From: a virus
DNA length: 64,000 nucleotides
Direction: 5' to 3' (one strand)
IMG/VR virus record: IMGVR_UViG_3300037010_001286
Coordinates: 18,149-82,148 of that record
The position numbers and the translations under genes are program-made. The notes below the pieces were generated by a model that was not told the origin of the DNA, did not search any database, and saw only the letters and a list, made by a program, of their open reading frames with translations. Positions 38,201 to 48,063 of the stretch are shown here, piece after piece. Numbering within the stretch: the stretch's first letter is position 1; the number at the start of each line of letters is the position of its first letter.

Positions 38201-41200
38201 AGTTCCTGTTCTTTATATAATTGTTCTGTAAGGGCTGCTCTTTGATTAACATCTGTTGTAGCTCTAATTTGGTCAAGAGTATTTCTTACTTTTTGTTCGG
38301 CTACTGCTAATTGAGTAACTCTACTAGTCTCTGAGCCTACATCTTTAATAGAAGCATAAGCAGCAGCAGCCGCAGCAGCTACTAACGTAAATAATACTAC
38401 TAATGGGTGTCTTTCTACAACCCCAAGGGCTGCAGCCAATCTCTCTTTTAATACAGTAGATAATCCTACAACAGCTGTTGTAGTAGCTTCAACACCATTA
38501 ACCATTTCAGTAGTAGTTCGTACAAATGTACCTGAAACCATTAAACTTTGTACTGCTATCCAAGAAGATTTTAATAATTCAAGATTTGCAATAGCTTTAC
38601 TTACAACAAAAGCAGATGCAAAGACAGCTCCAAGTATTTTTAGATTTTCAATTGTACCACTAGTAAATTCACCCATATGTCTATTTAAAACATCTAAAAC
38701 CTGAACAGTTCCATCTACAGCATTCTTAGCTGTTGGTAGTAATGTACCAGCAGTCTTATTAAATGCAATTCCTAAAGAGTTTCCTAATTTTTCCCAAGTA
38801 ATTGCATAACTTTCAGTAACATAGGCAGCTTTATCAACTTCACCTTTAACCCCTGCATTAAGGGTTTGAAGGTGTCTAAAAAACTCGTCAGCATTATTAC
38901 GAAGTAATGTAACAGACTGTAAAGCTTGTACATCCATACCTTTTGTAATTCTTGCGAAATCTGAGTCAGAAATATTCTTTAATTTAGAAACAAACTCTGT
39001 CATTGCTGCGTTAGACTCATTTACACCCATTTTTAGTCTAGCAGAAAATTCAGCTTGACTTACACCCATAGATGTAAAGAAATTAACTGCCTCTTTACTA
39101 GTATCCCCAATAAATGAAGATAATCTACGAACCTGAGTTCCAATAGTAGATGCATTAACCCCTGCATTAGAGAAGGCAATTGCCATAGCATCAACAGCAT
39201 TACGAGTAAATCCTACTGATTTAGCAGCAGCTAAAGCATAGTTTGCAAGTGTACCAATATCTTGAGTAGATAGGCGTGATTGGTTAGCTACATATGCTAA
39301 TGAATCACCCATAGCCTCTATATTTGGTACAGAGTCTCCATAAACTTCCATATAAGATATTAAAGCACTTGCTGATGATTGAAAAGTATCCCCAGTTAAT
39401 CTAGCCATCTTAATAATAATTTCAGTCGCACTAACTACTTCCGATTTATCAAAACCAGCACGTCCTAATGCTAAGGCAGTTTCATTAATATCTTTTAAAG
39501 AACCTCCAAATTGTGTACCAAGGTCTGCAAGTCTACCCTCTAATTTTGTTGCAGAGTCTGAGGACATATCAAGTACTGCAGATAGAGTATGAATAGCTTG
39601 GTCATACTCTAACATATAGGAAATACCTTCTGAAAGTGCTTGAGTAACCTGCGATATTCCAGCATATAAAGAAGTATAGGCTAAAACTCTTCCTCCAATA
39701 TTCTGTAACCACTTAGTAAAACTTAAGTCATTAAGTTGTGCATTAAGATGTTTAGTAATTTCTGAGCTTTCAGCTAACTTTTTATTAATGTTTTGTAATT
39801 GAGCACTACCTTCTTTAATTGTAGTTGAAAAGTTAGTACTAGTTGTAAAACTTTCATCAAATTGCTGCTTCGCTCTTCGTACACGTTCAAGTTGTTGGCC
39901 TAGTAATTCAATCTGATGTTGAGCTTGGTCAAGACTAGAATCTTTAGCCCAATTAGTTTTAGCATTTTTTAGTCTCTCTAACTCCCCAATTTGTGATATA
40001 TATTTCTTAATAGTATTATCAAACCCAACATCGATAGTAGACTTACTATCGAAACTTTGTTTTAATGAGCTAAACTTATCTTTTAAGATATTTATGTCAC
40101 TACCTGTAGCAATTAATTCACCACGTAGTGCCTCTAAACTATGTAAACCTAAATCTTTATTACCAGGATTTAAATTTGCATTTGCTTCTATCTTATTTTC
40201 ATACTCATTTATCTGTCTTAATAGTCCTAACTTCTTATTTAAGTCTGATAACTCTGAACTTGCTACTTTAGGAGACGCCTCTCCTCCCTTTGTTTTACTA
40301 GAAAGATTAGTATTAATAGACTCTATCTGTCTTTTAAGAGCCTCAAGAGTACTTGTAGAAGTAGTACGAAGAGACTGTCCAATTCTATCTACTTCTGCTA
40401 ATAAACTTTTTGCTGCTTCTTTAGCATTAATAAAGTTTTTAGAAAGATTTACATCTTCTTTTGTACTAAGAGCTAAATCTGCTAAATTTCCAGTATTACC
40501 TGTTGCAGTATTTATCTTCTTAGTATAATTATTAACATCTTTAGTACTTAAAGAAGTAGGGGTTAATGTAAGTAATTTTTTTCTTTTCTCTATTTCAGCA
40601 TCTAATAGCTTAAGTACCTTTTGTCCAGTTTTTAAGTCCTCAATTGATGCACTATACTTCTGAGATTCTAAACTCTTATTTAGTAACTCACGTCTCTTTT
40701 CTAATAGTGCTATATCACTTACTAATACTGATTTTGACTCTTTTTGTTGTTTTAATAGTGTATTTTGAGTTTCTAAAAGAGACTTATATGTTAAATCCAT
40801 AGATTTTAATAGTGTATCAGTTTGTTGATTATTTAGTTTTCCACTAACTATTTTATCTTTAGAATTATCTAAAGTAGTTATAGCTTTATTCTTTTCAGGA
40901 CTTTTCAAATCAAGAGATTTAAATTTTCTAGAAGCTTCCTCAACTTTTAAAATAGTAGCATAATATTTTTCCATATCTCGATTAAGCTTACCGAGTTGAG
41001 TACCTCTACCAGTAGTTATTAAGATATTATTAACAGCAGATAATTTATCTTTGAGAGAAGTTAAAATTGTATCAGAAACTCCTAAACCTTTTAAAGCTGT
41101 TAAGAGATTTTGGATATTTATATTTGCACCTTTAGCTGTACCACTTAATTGGTCATTAAATCCCTTAAAAGTACCAGTAACTGCTGCTAATTTTGTATTT

Positions 41201-41514
41201 AAACCTGCTAAAACTTGGGTAAATGCTTCCCAAGCAGGGTGGTCTTTATCATCGGCGGCTTTAGAGCGTTTGAATTTATCAAAGCGGTCTGTAGTAATCT
41301 TAACCTTTTCACTAAGACTCTGAATATCCTCAGAAAGGTCTTGATACCCTCTTTGTGCTTTTGATAATGCAGTATCATTACCTTTAAAAACAACGGAAGC
41401 CGCTTGTTCTAACTCCCCTACACGTTTAAACGTATTTACCAAGTCTCTATCAATCTTGTCGAGACCCTTTGATATAAATTCAACCCCAAAACTAAGTGTT
41501 TTATCAGTAGCCAT
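35278..41514 (-). CDS. Tape measure protein with internal peptidase M15 domain
   Basis: 2078 aa helical protein, TMP core LAYVANQSRLSTQDIG, SSGVRD...SDHTKGLGADI...VHVS, C-terminal FHTGG. Confidence 0.92.
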   Translation of the reverse strand: MATDKTLSFGVEFISKGLDKIDRDLVNTFKRVGELEQAASVVFKGNDTALSKAQRGYQDLSEDIQSLSEKVKITTDRFDKFKRSKAADDKDHPAWEAFTQVLAGLNTKLAAVTGTFKGFNDQLSGTAKGANINIQNLLTALKGLGVSDTILTSLKDKLSAVNNILITTGRGTQLGKLNRDMEKYYATILKVEEASRKFKSLDLKSPEKNKAITTLDNSKDKIVSGKLNNQQTDTLLKSMDLTYKSLLETQNTLLKQQKESKSVLVSDIALLEKRRELLNKSLESQKYSASIEDLKTGQKVLKLLDAEIEKRKKLLTLTPTSLSTKDVNNYTKKINTATGNTGNLADLALSTKEDVNLSKNFINAKEAAKSLLAEVDRIGQSLRTTSTSTLEALKRQIESINTNLSSKTKGGEASPKVASSELSDLNKKLGLLRQINEYENKIEANANLNPGNKDLGLHSLEALRGELIATGSDINILKDKFSSLKQSFDSKSTIDVGFDNTIKKYISQIGELERLKNAKTNWAKDSSLDQAQHQIELLGQQLERVRRAKQQFDESFTTSTNFSTTIKEGSAQLQNINKKLAESSEITKHLNAQLNDLSFTKWLQNIGGRVLAYTSLYAGISQVTQALSEGISYMLEYDQAIHTLSAVLDMSSDSATKLEGRLADLGTQFGGSLKDINETALALGRAGFDKSEVVSATEIIIKMARLTGDTFQSSASALISYMEVYGDSVPNIEAMGDSLAYVANQSRLSTQDIGTLANYALAAAKSVGFTRNAVDAMAIAFSNAGVNASTIGTQVRRLSSFIGDTSKEAVNFFTSMGVSQAEFSARLKMGVNESNAAMTEFVSKLKNISDSDFARITKGMDVQALQSVTLLRNNADEFFRHLQTLNAGVKGEVDKAAYVTESYAITWEKLGNSLGIAFNKTAGTLLPTAKNAVDGTVQVLDVLNRHMGEFTSGTIENLKILGAVFASAFVVSKAIANLELLKSSWIAVQSLMVSGTFVRTTTEMVNGVEATTTAVVGLSTVLKERLAAALGVVERHPLVVLFTLVAAAAAAAYASIKDVGSETSRVTQLAVAEQKVRNTLDQIRATTDVNQRAALTEQLYKEQELVKTLREQTKVLATLADAHSNLTIAKTNVLAYQDMNKHPNDFSSTTLSAAGDNTKTAMINFASSISASIAQIIKTVPQSDTALLNKLTQFQNTVGGIQKDLTAADFNNKDNVSKLTTLLNVLIESYNKARVASGQQNIIANTPTVNAQQTVGKSADEVRGELVHTNVKGEEINNLMYAISDPIKNNFERLTNLILYMRDNGLNVHVSSGVRDPVVNQKVGGVPNSDHTKGLGADINIPNKTPVEVFELIKSNAKLMANIAQLILEKDTVHVSLATDKNPYRQGGNRILIQDDNGKYHTDTSPSAQLYTTTGANGRFNIPTSIPLVTGSSTIPADTPTQVHQSVPESTIKALTAQVEEINKAYNASDDVNDRIRATLEIIDKNINALFGDEKNLTNQLVKVMDGAGKPVADEIKTFLANFKGTTSDKLLAIENFKATLSTNKKGLSEEDQTKRTVAAGMVTDMVQNYTGPQENIDKLNSVKEQLLTLGEINNLKQDGIALDEKRVALYTNLSDALERTTQEQKEANDALDRANDTSLEARKQSEIYEERIASTMRMQAEKSELLTQLLKKREDITKEIEEFNQNGSGNLEKHNELVKKLEEANQEILATDKDIVQTTEKIAENRAKATAATAQEIIASRRINAEYQDLLETTKKYTDELERQAQLSSLGSSVGEDRAKQILATRAARENELANRADASGPSALSTGFGLNKVTYKEYAERTQANFDKYAANANTQIDTLNNQEDTLNQAAKMQSDAAALQAIQDEIDRIKIERNRITNDTIIAQNKAAADAQEAQMGMQLKSAQVGFQGLNEIAQTAFLLSGKRSKAALRASQALQVASAIVNTYMAASNAYRDAGLLPGGTFLAPIAAAGAIAVGMQQVAQIKAQTFHTGGYVYNDNRTGLRSDEVPATLQTGEYVLSRKDMAAIKEAGNSKAPQQSSSTQSEVVIVNSIDPSVIESYLTSRAGRQIINNVVKH

Positions 41515-41544
41515 TATTAGCCTTTACTCGTAAGTTACTCTTAT

Positions 41545-41552
41545 ATAATCGT
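41545..41552 (-). promoter_or_regulatory. Putative late promoter -10 (ACGATTAT)
   Basis: Recurrent motif upstream of the tape measure gene. Confidence 0.55.
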
Positions 41553-41558
41553 TATCGC

Positions 41559-42242
41559 TTACCCTTGTTTTACTTTAGCTAACTCTAACTCCATTTGATT
41601 TTTCTTCTTAGTTTCTATACTATTATTTATTAATACAGAAAATGTACAAAAAGTTTGTGTTTGGTCAAACCACCCGCCTGGGTCAGGTAAGAAGCCAGCC
41701 TTAAATATATTATAAGCCTCAATACCTACAGATAAAATATTAAAGTCCATATCATAAACTGGACAGTGTGTATATAGATTATTATTTATAATCAATTTAA
41801 AATCCGGGGATTTATCCTGCTCCCCCAAAAATCCACAGTTTCTACTACTTTGTAATCTTTTTCTCTTACATACTTCACAATTCCAATTTTCTGATGATAA
41901 AACATCAGAAAAATATAAGTCTGAAGTTGTAATAAGACTTTGATAGTCTTTTTGGCTTAAACTGGATACTTTTATAATATAGGCTGCAATCTCTTTCATA
42001 ATGGAACTTGAAAATGCAGAAAAGTGTAATACACTATCTTCTACTGTTTCTATCCTTACAATAGCTATCTCACATACCCTATAAACATATTCTTCAGTTT
42101 TCCCTGAGTTATATATAGCAGTAACAGTATTAAGTTCACGTAGGGATAATGTATTAAATATAACAGTAACCTCCGGTATAGAGGCTTCCTGATATACTAT
42201 AGGAGTATAATAGTGAAGTTGTTTATGCAGTAGCACTTGCAA
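41559..42242 (-). CDS. Tail assembly chaperone-like protein with Cys cluster
   Basis: FLPDPGGWFDQ motif; lies between chaperone and tape measure; start uncertain. Confidence 0.6.
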   Translation of the reverse strand: MQVLLHKQLHYYTPIVYQEASIPEVTVIFNTLSLRELNTVTAIYNSGKTEEYVYRVCEIAIVRIETVEDSVLHFSAFSSSIMKEIAAYIIKVSSLSQKDYQSLITTSDLYFSDVLSSENWNCEVCKRKRLQSSRNCGFLGEQDKSPDFKLIINNNLYTHCPVYDMDFNILSVGIEAYNIFKAGFLPDPGGWFDQTQTFCTFSVLINNSIETKKKNQMELELAKVKQG

Positions 42243-42654
42243 CAGTCTCTGTGCTAAACGTACCTAAAAATAGGTCTGTATGCTCAGGTTTACGAGTAAT
42301 ATTAGCAATTACATTTGCAATTTCAGTAATAATGTCAAAAGGGAGAGCCTCAATAGAGCTATCGTCCATAAATCCATTTGCGTCTTTTACAAATTTCAAT
42401 TGAGCTGAGTTTTTATCAGTGATATTTTCCCAACCAACTACACCACGTTTAACTAAACCCCAGTTAAATGAACCTGATGCAAAACTAATTGTAGCATCAT
42501 CTTGACTTACTTTTGTAAGACCGTCCTCAAGTTTAGTGAAACTTTTCTTATCAAGTCGTTTAATTGTTACAGAAAATGGACTTTCATCGCCTCTACAAGA
42601 TACAGGAATGTATTTAAAAGTTTCAGAATTATTTGAATTTGTAATTAATGCCAT
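42223..42654 (-). CDS. Tail assembly chaperone
   Basis: GVVGWENI motif; follows the major tail protein. Confidence 0.7.
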   Translation of the reverse strand: MALITNSNNSETFKYIPVSCRGDESPFSVTIKRLDKKSFTKLEDGLTKVSQDDATISFASGSFNWGLVKRGVVGWENITDKNSAQLKFVKDANGFMDDSSIEALPFDIITEIANVIANITRKPEHTDLFLGTFSTETVASATA

Positions 42655-42705
42655 AATTTCTCCTTAATTTAATCAAAAGTAGAGGGTATAGAACCCTCAA
42701 TTAGT

Positions 42706-43734
42706 TTACATATGTGCTATATAAACAGCCTCACCTAGAGTTGCATCTTCATAAGCTTCAAATTCAATTTTGTTTTCAAGAATACCATCAGCATTTTCAA
42801 TAGAAACAGAGGTATATCGAACACGAGGGAACCAAATAGCAAACTTATGTGAGCCTGATGTCATCTCTAGATAAACAGAGGCGTCTGTATTATTTTTAAA
42901 CTTATTAAGCTCAGAGTAATCAGAGAAAACAACTGATAAGGAACCTTTAATTTGTTTCTTAGTAATAGCTTTTGCAGTAATACCAGCAGAAGTAATAGCT
43001 TCACGGTCTACAACAGTATTATCAATTGAGAAAGAAAGGTCTTTTGCCTCGTAATTTACCCCACTAATTGTAAATGTAGCGTTTTTACCAACATAAGGGT
43101 TTTCAACAAGAGCAGTACCTGAAATAATTGGCTCCCCTGAAGCAGTTGTATAACCCGAAGCACCTAAATCAAAAGAAATAGAAGCAACATTCGCAACTGG
43201 AAAGTCAAACTTGACACTTGAAGGAACAACCCCAGTATAAGTAATAGTTTGACTATCACTAGCATCACACCCAAGGAATTGTTTAATAGCTAAGGAAGGT
43301 TGACTTCCACAAGGTTTAGCAAGTTTGTATAAAGTTGCTACACCAGTATCAGAAGCTCCAGCTTCATAAATCTGTTTAGCAGGAGTATGACCAGCATCAG
43401 AATATCCAATAAATGCACCTGCTGCAAGACCCGGAGCTTCTACAATACCAAGAGCAACTTCTAAAAGGGCAGAACCATTTAGAGCTGTACTTCCGGTACC
43501 AAGAGGGATAAGCTCAACGCCACATTTTCCACTTCCAAAGATTTTTCCAGCCATTTTAGGTTGGGATACGAAAGAGTTCTTAATAGCTTTACGCTCAATA
43601 GAGTCTCCTTCAGGTTTGAGTGCGGTATCAGATGTTACTTCAACAACGTCAGATGAATGGAATGTACCACCAGCATTAAATGTTGATTCTTTAATGATTG
43701 CATAAACCGCACTATTAGAACGATAAAGAGCCAT
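42706..43734 (-). CDS. Major tail tube protein
   Basis: Size, position, own promoter and terminator hairpin (gagggt...accctc near 42682-42698). Confidence 0.8.
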   Translation of the reverse strand: MALYRSNSAVYAIIKESTFNAGGTFHSSDVVEVTSDTALKPEGDSIERKAIKNSFVSQPKMAGKIFGSGKCGVELIPLGTGSTALNGSALLEVALGIVEAPGLAAGAFIGYSDAGHTPAKQIYEAGASDTGVATLYKLAKPCGSQPSLAIKQFLGCDASDSQTITYTGVVPSSVKFDFPVANVASISFDLGASGYTTASGEPIISGTALVENPYVGKNATFTISGVNYEAKDLSFSIDNTVVDREAITSAGITAKAITKKQIKGSLSVVFSDYSELNKFKNNTDASVYLEMTSGSHKFAIWFPRVRYTSVSIENADGILENKIEFEAYEDATLGEAVYIAHM

Positions 43735-43766
43735 GTAATGTCCTTTGAGATTAGTATGTCATTCTT

Positions 43767-43774
43767 ATTATCGT
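43767..43774 (-). promoter_or_regulatory. Putative late promoter -10 (ACGATAAT)
   Basis: Recurrent motif upstream of the major tail gene. Confidence 0.6.
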
Positions 43775-43792
43775 AGAGTATCTAAAATAGTG

Positions 43793-44203
43793 TTAAACAA
43801 GCCGTTTTATGTATCTAATTTGTAATTGTAATTGAGCAATTGAATATGGCATTAGAAGGCCTCCGTCTCTTTTAAAAGAAGTTATCATTCCCTCAACACA
43901 ATTAGTCTTAATATATGTATTAGCTTCAATAACTCCTTGAGTTACTTCAACTAAATCTGACAAGTTATCTTCTGTATTAGACCCACGTTGTTTATTATAT
44001 ATATAAATAGGAATATTTGCAGAAATAAATGCTTTACTATTAGTAAGATTTTCTCTATTTACAGTGTCACTTTCATAAACAATAGCTATAGCAGGAAACT
44101 CTTTAATATCAGTCCATACTGGGATAATATTTTTATATACTTTTTTGAACTGTCTAGTATTTTCTAAATCCACACAAATCGCATCTATAACTTCTGTTCT
44201 CAT
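43793..44203 (-). CDS. Tail terminator protein
   Basis: EFPAIAI motif; position. Confidence 0.65.
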   Translation of the reverse strand: MRTEVIDAICVDLENTRQFKKVYKNIIPVWTDIKEFPAIAIVYESDTVNRENLTNSKAFISANIPIYIYNKQRGSNTEDNLSDLVEVTQGVIEANTYIKTNCVEGMITSFKRDGGLLMPYSIAQLQLQIRYIKRLV

Positions 44204-44736
44204 AGTTGACCTCTCATTAAAATTAAATCATCTAATATATCATGCATCGATGGTATTTCCTTACCACTCTCATCTAAAAACCTCTCAATATCTGTTCGTT
44301 TTAACATAGCTTTATCCATCCAATTCTCCCAGCTAGGAGTAGTTCCATCTTTTCTTTTTGGAGAACCATTATTAGTATATTCAGCATAGTCTAATTTTTG
44401 TCCATTAGCAATACCAACACTAGCAACAATACTAATAATACGTTTTGTTTCTGAAGTATTAAATCTTGATGTAACATCCGCTCTAATAGTATCTCTAAGG
44501 CTTGGTTTATTACCGCCATTAAAGTGAGGAGCATCAGAGTCATCAGGGCGTTGTTTATGTTGTTTTATAATATTTTCAGCAGCAGGAACAGATAGTTTCT
44601 TATAAAGTTCTTTCTTCCATTTTGTTACCTCTTCATTTGCAATAATTCCAAAATTTTTTGCAATATCATCTGTTATCTTATTTAAGCTAAGAATAAAATG
44701 TTTAGCTAATTTATAAGAAGTACCAGGGGTAAACAT
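44200..44736 (-). CDS. Tail completion / neck protein
   Basis: DYAEY motif; position. Confidence 0.55.
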   Translation of the reverse strand: MFTPGTSYKLAKHFILSLNKITDDIAKNFGIIANEEVTKWKKELYKKLSVPAAENIIKQHKQRPDDSDAPHFNGGNKPSLRDTIRADVTSRFNTSETKRIISIVASVGIANGQKLDYAEYTNNGSPKRKDGTTPSWENWMDKAMLKRTDIERFLDESGKEIPSMHDILDDLILMRGQL

Positions 44737-44738
44737 AA

Positions 44739-45284
44739 TTAAAGCTTAAATATTTTAAATGCTTGAAGGGTTGTATCAGTTAAGTAAGAAATTTTATCTA
44801 CTGGTCTAACTGATTGTTTAATATCTGAAGATACCATAGAGAAATTTTCTAAGTTCTTAGTAATATCTGTATACATTTTTTTACCAATAGAAAACATAGC
44901 ATTTAATAAACTAGGAGGAATATCAGTATAATTTGTAAAACCTACACTGTAAGTAATAATAATATTATCTACACCAGTAGGAAAAGTATTATCAGGAATA
45001 TAAATACTGTTTCCAGTTGTTATAATACTTGATATATCTAAAGCTACACCACCTACTATAATAGAGTTTACACTTGTAATTCTACCTTTTGTAGTATAAA
45101 GTTTTTTAGAATTTTTGCCATCATGATATTCTACAAGAGTACGTGGGTTTATAGAAATATCGTAGGTATTATAGATATAGTCTTCAACTTGAGCAAGTAG
45201 TTGAGAAGCAAAAGAAATAATTTCAACATCTTCCCCGGAAATATCTAAATACTGAATGAAATAGGCAATTAACTCCGGGGTCAT
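44739..45284 (-). CDS. Head-tail connector / head completion protein
   Basis: ITYSVGF...IPPSL; position after the capsid gene. Confidence 0.75.
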   Translation of the reverse strand: MTPELIAYFIQYLDISGEDVEIISFASQLLAQVEDYIYNTYDISINPRTLVEYHDGKNSKKLYTTKGRITSVNSIIVGGVALDISSIITTGNSIYIPDNTFPTGVDNIIITYSVGFTNYTDIPPSLLNAMFSIGKKMYTDITKNLENFSMVSSDIKQSVRPVDKISYLTDTTLQAFKIFKL

Positions 45285-45296
45285 ATATAATCCTTA

Positions 45297-45497
45297 TTAC
45301 TTTTTAGTAAATTTATCTTCTTCTGTTACATCTTCCACTTTATCTTTAGTAGCTTTTACTGTTTTAACTTCAGAAAAAACCTCAGGAAATGTATTTAAAA
45401 GATACTTAGCATCTTTGTCAGCAACTGTGTATTGACAACCAGTAACAAAATCAATATCAACAGCTGTAATACCTTTACCAGTAAATAATAATTCCAT
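45297..45497 (-). CDS. Small hypothetical virion protein
   Basis: AAGGA RBS; follows the capsid gene. Confidence 0.6.
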   Translation of the reverse strand: MELLFTGKGITAVDIDFVTGCQYTVADKDAKYLLNTFPEVFSEVKTVKATKDKVEDVTEEDKFTKK

Positions 45498-45558
45498 TTA
45501 TATTCCTTAAATCTTAACTCAGACATGATGCACATGCCTCGGCTAAAATAAAAAGAAA

Positions 45559-45576
45559 GAGTGGGAATACCCACTC
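45559..45576 (-). terminator. Intrinsic terminator after the capsid gene
   Basis: gagtggg-tatt-cccactc followed by tttctttt on the minus strand. Confidence 0.75.
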
Positions 45577-45581
45577 AGTTC

Positions 45582-46781
45582 TTAAAGATTTACAACTGCA
45601 ACTACAGGAGTAGCAACAACTGAAAGTTTTTTGAAGTCAAGATCACGGTAACCAACATAAAGAGTTGAACTTGAAACAGCTTTACGCTCTTCTTCAAGAC
45701 CAACTGCTCCACGGTCAGCAATACCGAAGAAACGTTTATTAACAACAAGTACCGCAGTTTTAGTTCCAGGAGTAGTAGTATCAACTACACCAAGAGCAGT
45801 CAAGTTACTAGGGATATAAGCAGAAGCAACGATTGGCATACCATATAGTTTACCGATTTCTCCAGTAAGAATAGTAGCAGCTTGACCATATTTATCAACT
45901 GTCATAACCTCAGGGATAGCCAACATATCATAAGCAACATTGACAGGTGCAATAATAGCAAGGTCTGTCAAATTCAACCCATAAACTCCAAGTTTCTTAC
46001 GAGCAGCAAGTACTACTGCTGCAGTAATTTTAGCAGCACCACCATCAACAGTCATACCAGCAGATACAGCCATTTTTAGCAATCCGTCAAATGCTTTACG
46101 AACATCATTAGCATTAGTAAAAGTAGTATCACCAGCAATAATGCCTTGTTCAGAAGCACGAGCCAATGATTGTGACAATTCTTGTTTTACCAAATCCATA
46201 ACTGCAACTACAGCATCTTGGTCAGCTTGGTCTGTAACACTTACAAGTGTTTTGATACGATTAGTAGCAAAAGTTACTTTCCCAGCAGCAATTGTTGACT
46301 CAATAGCATCTGCACCAGGAGCAATCAAGTATGCAGTAGCATCAGTAGTACGACCAGGAATACTAAATTGGTTGCGATTAGCAGGCATTTGTAATTTAGA
46401 AAACAACGGCTCAATCATCAACTCAGCTTCAAGCATAGTCAACATCTGACCACTAAATTCTTCAGCCAACCAACTAGAAATATCAGCAGGAACAAGAGCT
46501 TTTTCAACTAATCCAGCTACCTCTTTATACTCTGCAAAAGATGATGCAGGGCGACCTGTTAGAATAGATTTAAGATGAAGATTAGCTCCAATTTCTTTAG
46601 CTTTAGCAATTTCTTTATCAGAAACTACGGTGTCATCAAACGATGTTTTACGCTCAGATAGTACACCAAGCTCTTTATGTAGCTCTTCTAGTTGTTTTTC
46701 AGAAGCAGATTTTGTTTCTGCTAGTTCAAGTTTAAGAGTTTCTAACTCTTTTGCCATTTTATCAAAAGCTTCGATTGCCAT
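45582..46781 (-). CDS. Major capsid protein (HK97 fold, N-terminal scaffolding delta domain)
   Basis: Coiled-coil N-terminus; TILTGEIGKLYGMPIV; GYRDLDF. Confidence 0.9.
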   Translation of the reverse strand: MAIEAFDKMAKELETLKLELAETKSASEKQLEELHKELGVLSERKTSFDDTVVSDKEIAKAKEIGANLHLKSILTGRPASSFAEYKEVAGLVEKALVPADISSWLAEEFSGQMLTMLEAELMIEPLFSKLQMPANRNQFSIPGRTTDATAYLIAPGADAIESTIAAGKVTFATNRIKTLVSVTDQADQDAVVAVMDLVKQELSQSLARASEQGIIAGDTTFTNANDVRKAFDGLLKMAVSAGMTVDGGAAKITAAVVLAARKKLGVYGLNLTDLAIIAPVNVAYDMLAIPEVMTVDKYGQAATILTGEIGKLYGMPIVASAYIPSNLTALGVVDTTTPGTKTAVLVVNKRFFGIADRGAVGLEEERKAVSSSTLYVGYRDLDFKKLSVVATPVVAVVNL

Positions 46782-46793
46782 TATGGAATCTCC

Positions 46794-47990
46794 TTAATAT
46801 TTTAAATGTGAATTTACTGTTAAATCAATTGCTTGACGTAGCTTAAGTAAATTATCAATATAATCGTCTGTAGCCTCAGAACTCGCTACATAAGACAAAA
46901 CCTGCTCAAAAGAAAGAACATTAGGTAGTTGACCTTCATCCTCAGCCTTTTTGGAATCATCGCCCTCAGCATTTTGGATGTTAATTTCGTTACCATCTTC
47001 ATCAGTTAGTGGTGTATCAAGAGTATTATCGTCTATTTCTTTTTCAACTGTCTCTAAGTCTAAAATAAATTTAGTAATATCTTCAGGAACTTCCTCAATT
47101 ACTTTAATTTCTACCATTTCTTCATAGTGTTTTAGAAGATGTTTTGCAGCTAAAATCTTAGTTTCTTTACTATATACTAACTCATCTTGGACACTTTTAA
47201 GTGCAGCAAATGCAGATTGGACTCCACCTTTACTTACAATAAGTTTACCCTCAATAAACTCGTGATGAGGGAATTTCCAAGAACTTTTCTTTTCAAGGTC
47301 TCCTACAACTAAATAAGCTTCCTCAATCACCTCTTTAGTGGCATCAGAACTAATAGTATCAAGAAGGATAGATTTGTCTACTTCATTCCAACGTTTATTA
47401 GATATTTCTTTATTTTTAATTTTTTTAGCACAAGAAAGGGTATGAGTACTAGTAGCTTTACTTGCTAGTAAACAACTACCGTTAGCACAAGGAGATTGTG
47501 TTAGAGTAGTAAAAATAGAATCTTGATTATCCGGTACTGCTACAATAGAAACCTCTAAAAGCTCAACAGATTTATAGTAGTAAATGTCAGCTAAGGCATC
47601 ATAAACACTATCAAGTGGCTTAAATCCTATAGAAAGTGTTTTTAATATACGATTTTTAACAGCATAATATACTTTTTCATTAAGAACTTGGTGGACTTCT
47701 GCAGTAATCTCTAGTCCATCTAGTGTTACATTAATGTCAATAACTTTACCAACAGGTTCTTGATTATCATGGTAAGATAATAGAATTGGGTTTTTCTTAA
47801 AATTATCTAAGTTATACCCACTAGGAAGAACTGAATCTCCACTACGGTCTACAACAACTTGACCGTTATCATCAAGGAATCTATTAGCAAACCCCTTAAT
47901 ATAAATAATGTCTGCGTTATTAGGACTACCAGGAGTACCTAAATCCTTAACAATCTCTAAGTCGTTCATTACTAATGTTAGTTTATCCAT
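46794..47990 (-). CDS. Prohead protease (HK97/U35) with extra C-terminal domain
   Basis: NPILLSYH, LSIGF, LLEVSIVAVPDN. Confidence 0.9.
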   Translation of the reverse strand: MDKLTLVMNDLEIVKDLGTPGSPNNADIIYIKGFANRFLDDNGQVVVDRSGDSVLPSGYNLDNFKKNPILLSYHDNQEPVGKVIDINVTLDGLEITAEVHQVLNEKVYYAVKNRILKTLSIGFKPLDSVYDALADIYYYKSVELLEVSIVAVPDNQDSIFTTLTQSPCANGSCLLASKATSTHTLSCAKKIKNKEISNKRWNEVDKSILLDTISSDATKEVIEEAYLVVGDLEKKSSWKFPHHEFIEGKLIVSKGGVQSAFAALKSVQDELVYSKETKILAAKHLLKHYEEMVEIKVIEEVPEDITKFILDLETVEKEIDDNTLDTPLTDEDGNEINIQNAEGDDSKKAEDEGQLPNVLSFEQVLSYVASSEATDDYIDNLLKLRQAIDLTVNSHLKY

Positions 47991-48031
47991 TAATAGTCCC
48001 TTTTAAACTTTCTTTTAATATATATATTAAG

Positions 48032-48039
48032 ATTATCGT
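48032..48039 (-). promoter_or_regulatory. Putative late promoter -10 (ACGATAAT)
   Basis: Recurrent motif upstream of protease/capsid. Confidence 0.6.
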
Positions 48040-48063
48040 TAATAATCACTATGAGTGTGTATA

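Noticed and set aside
42223-42290. Programmed -1 frameshift between the tail chaperone ORFs
   Set aside because: The downstream ORF is in the +1 frame and no canonical XXXYYYZ heptamer is present. A non-canonical shift cannot be excluded.
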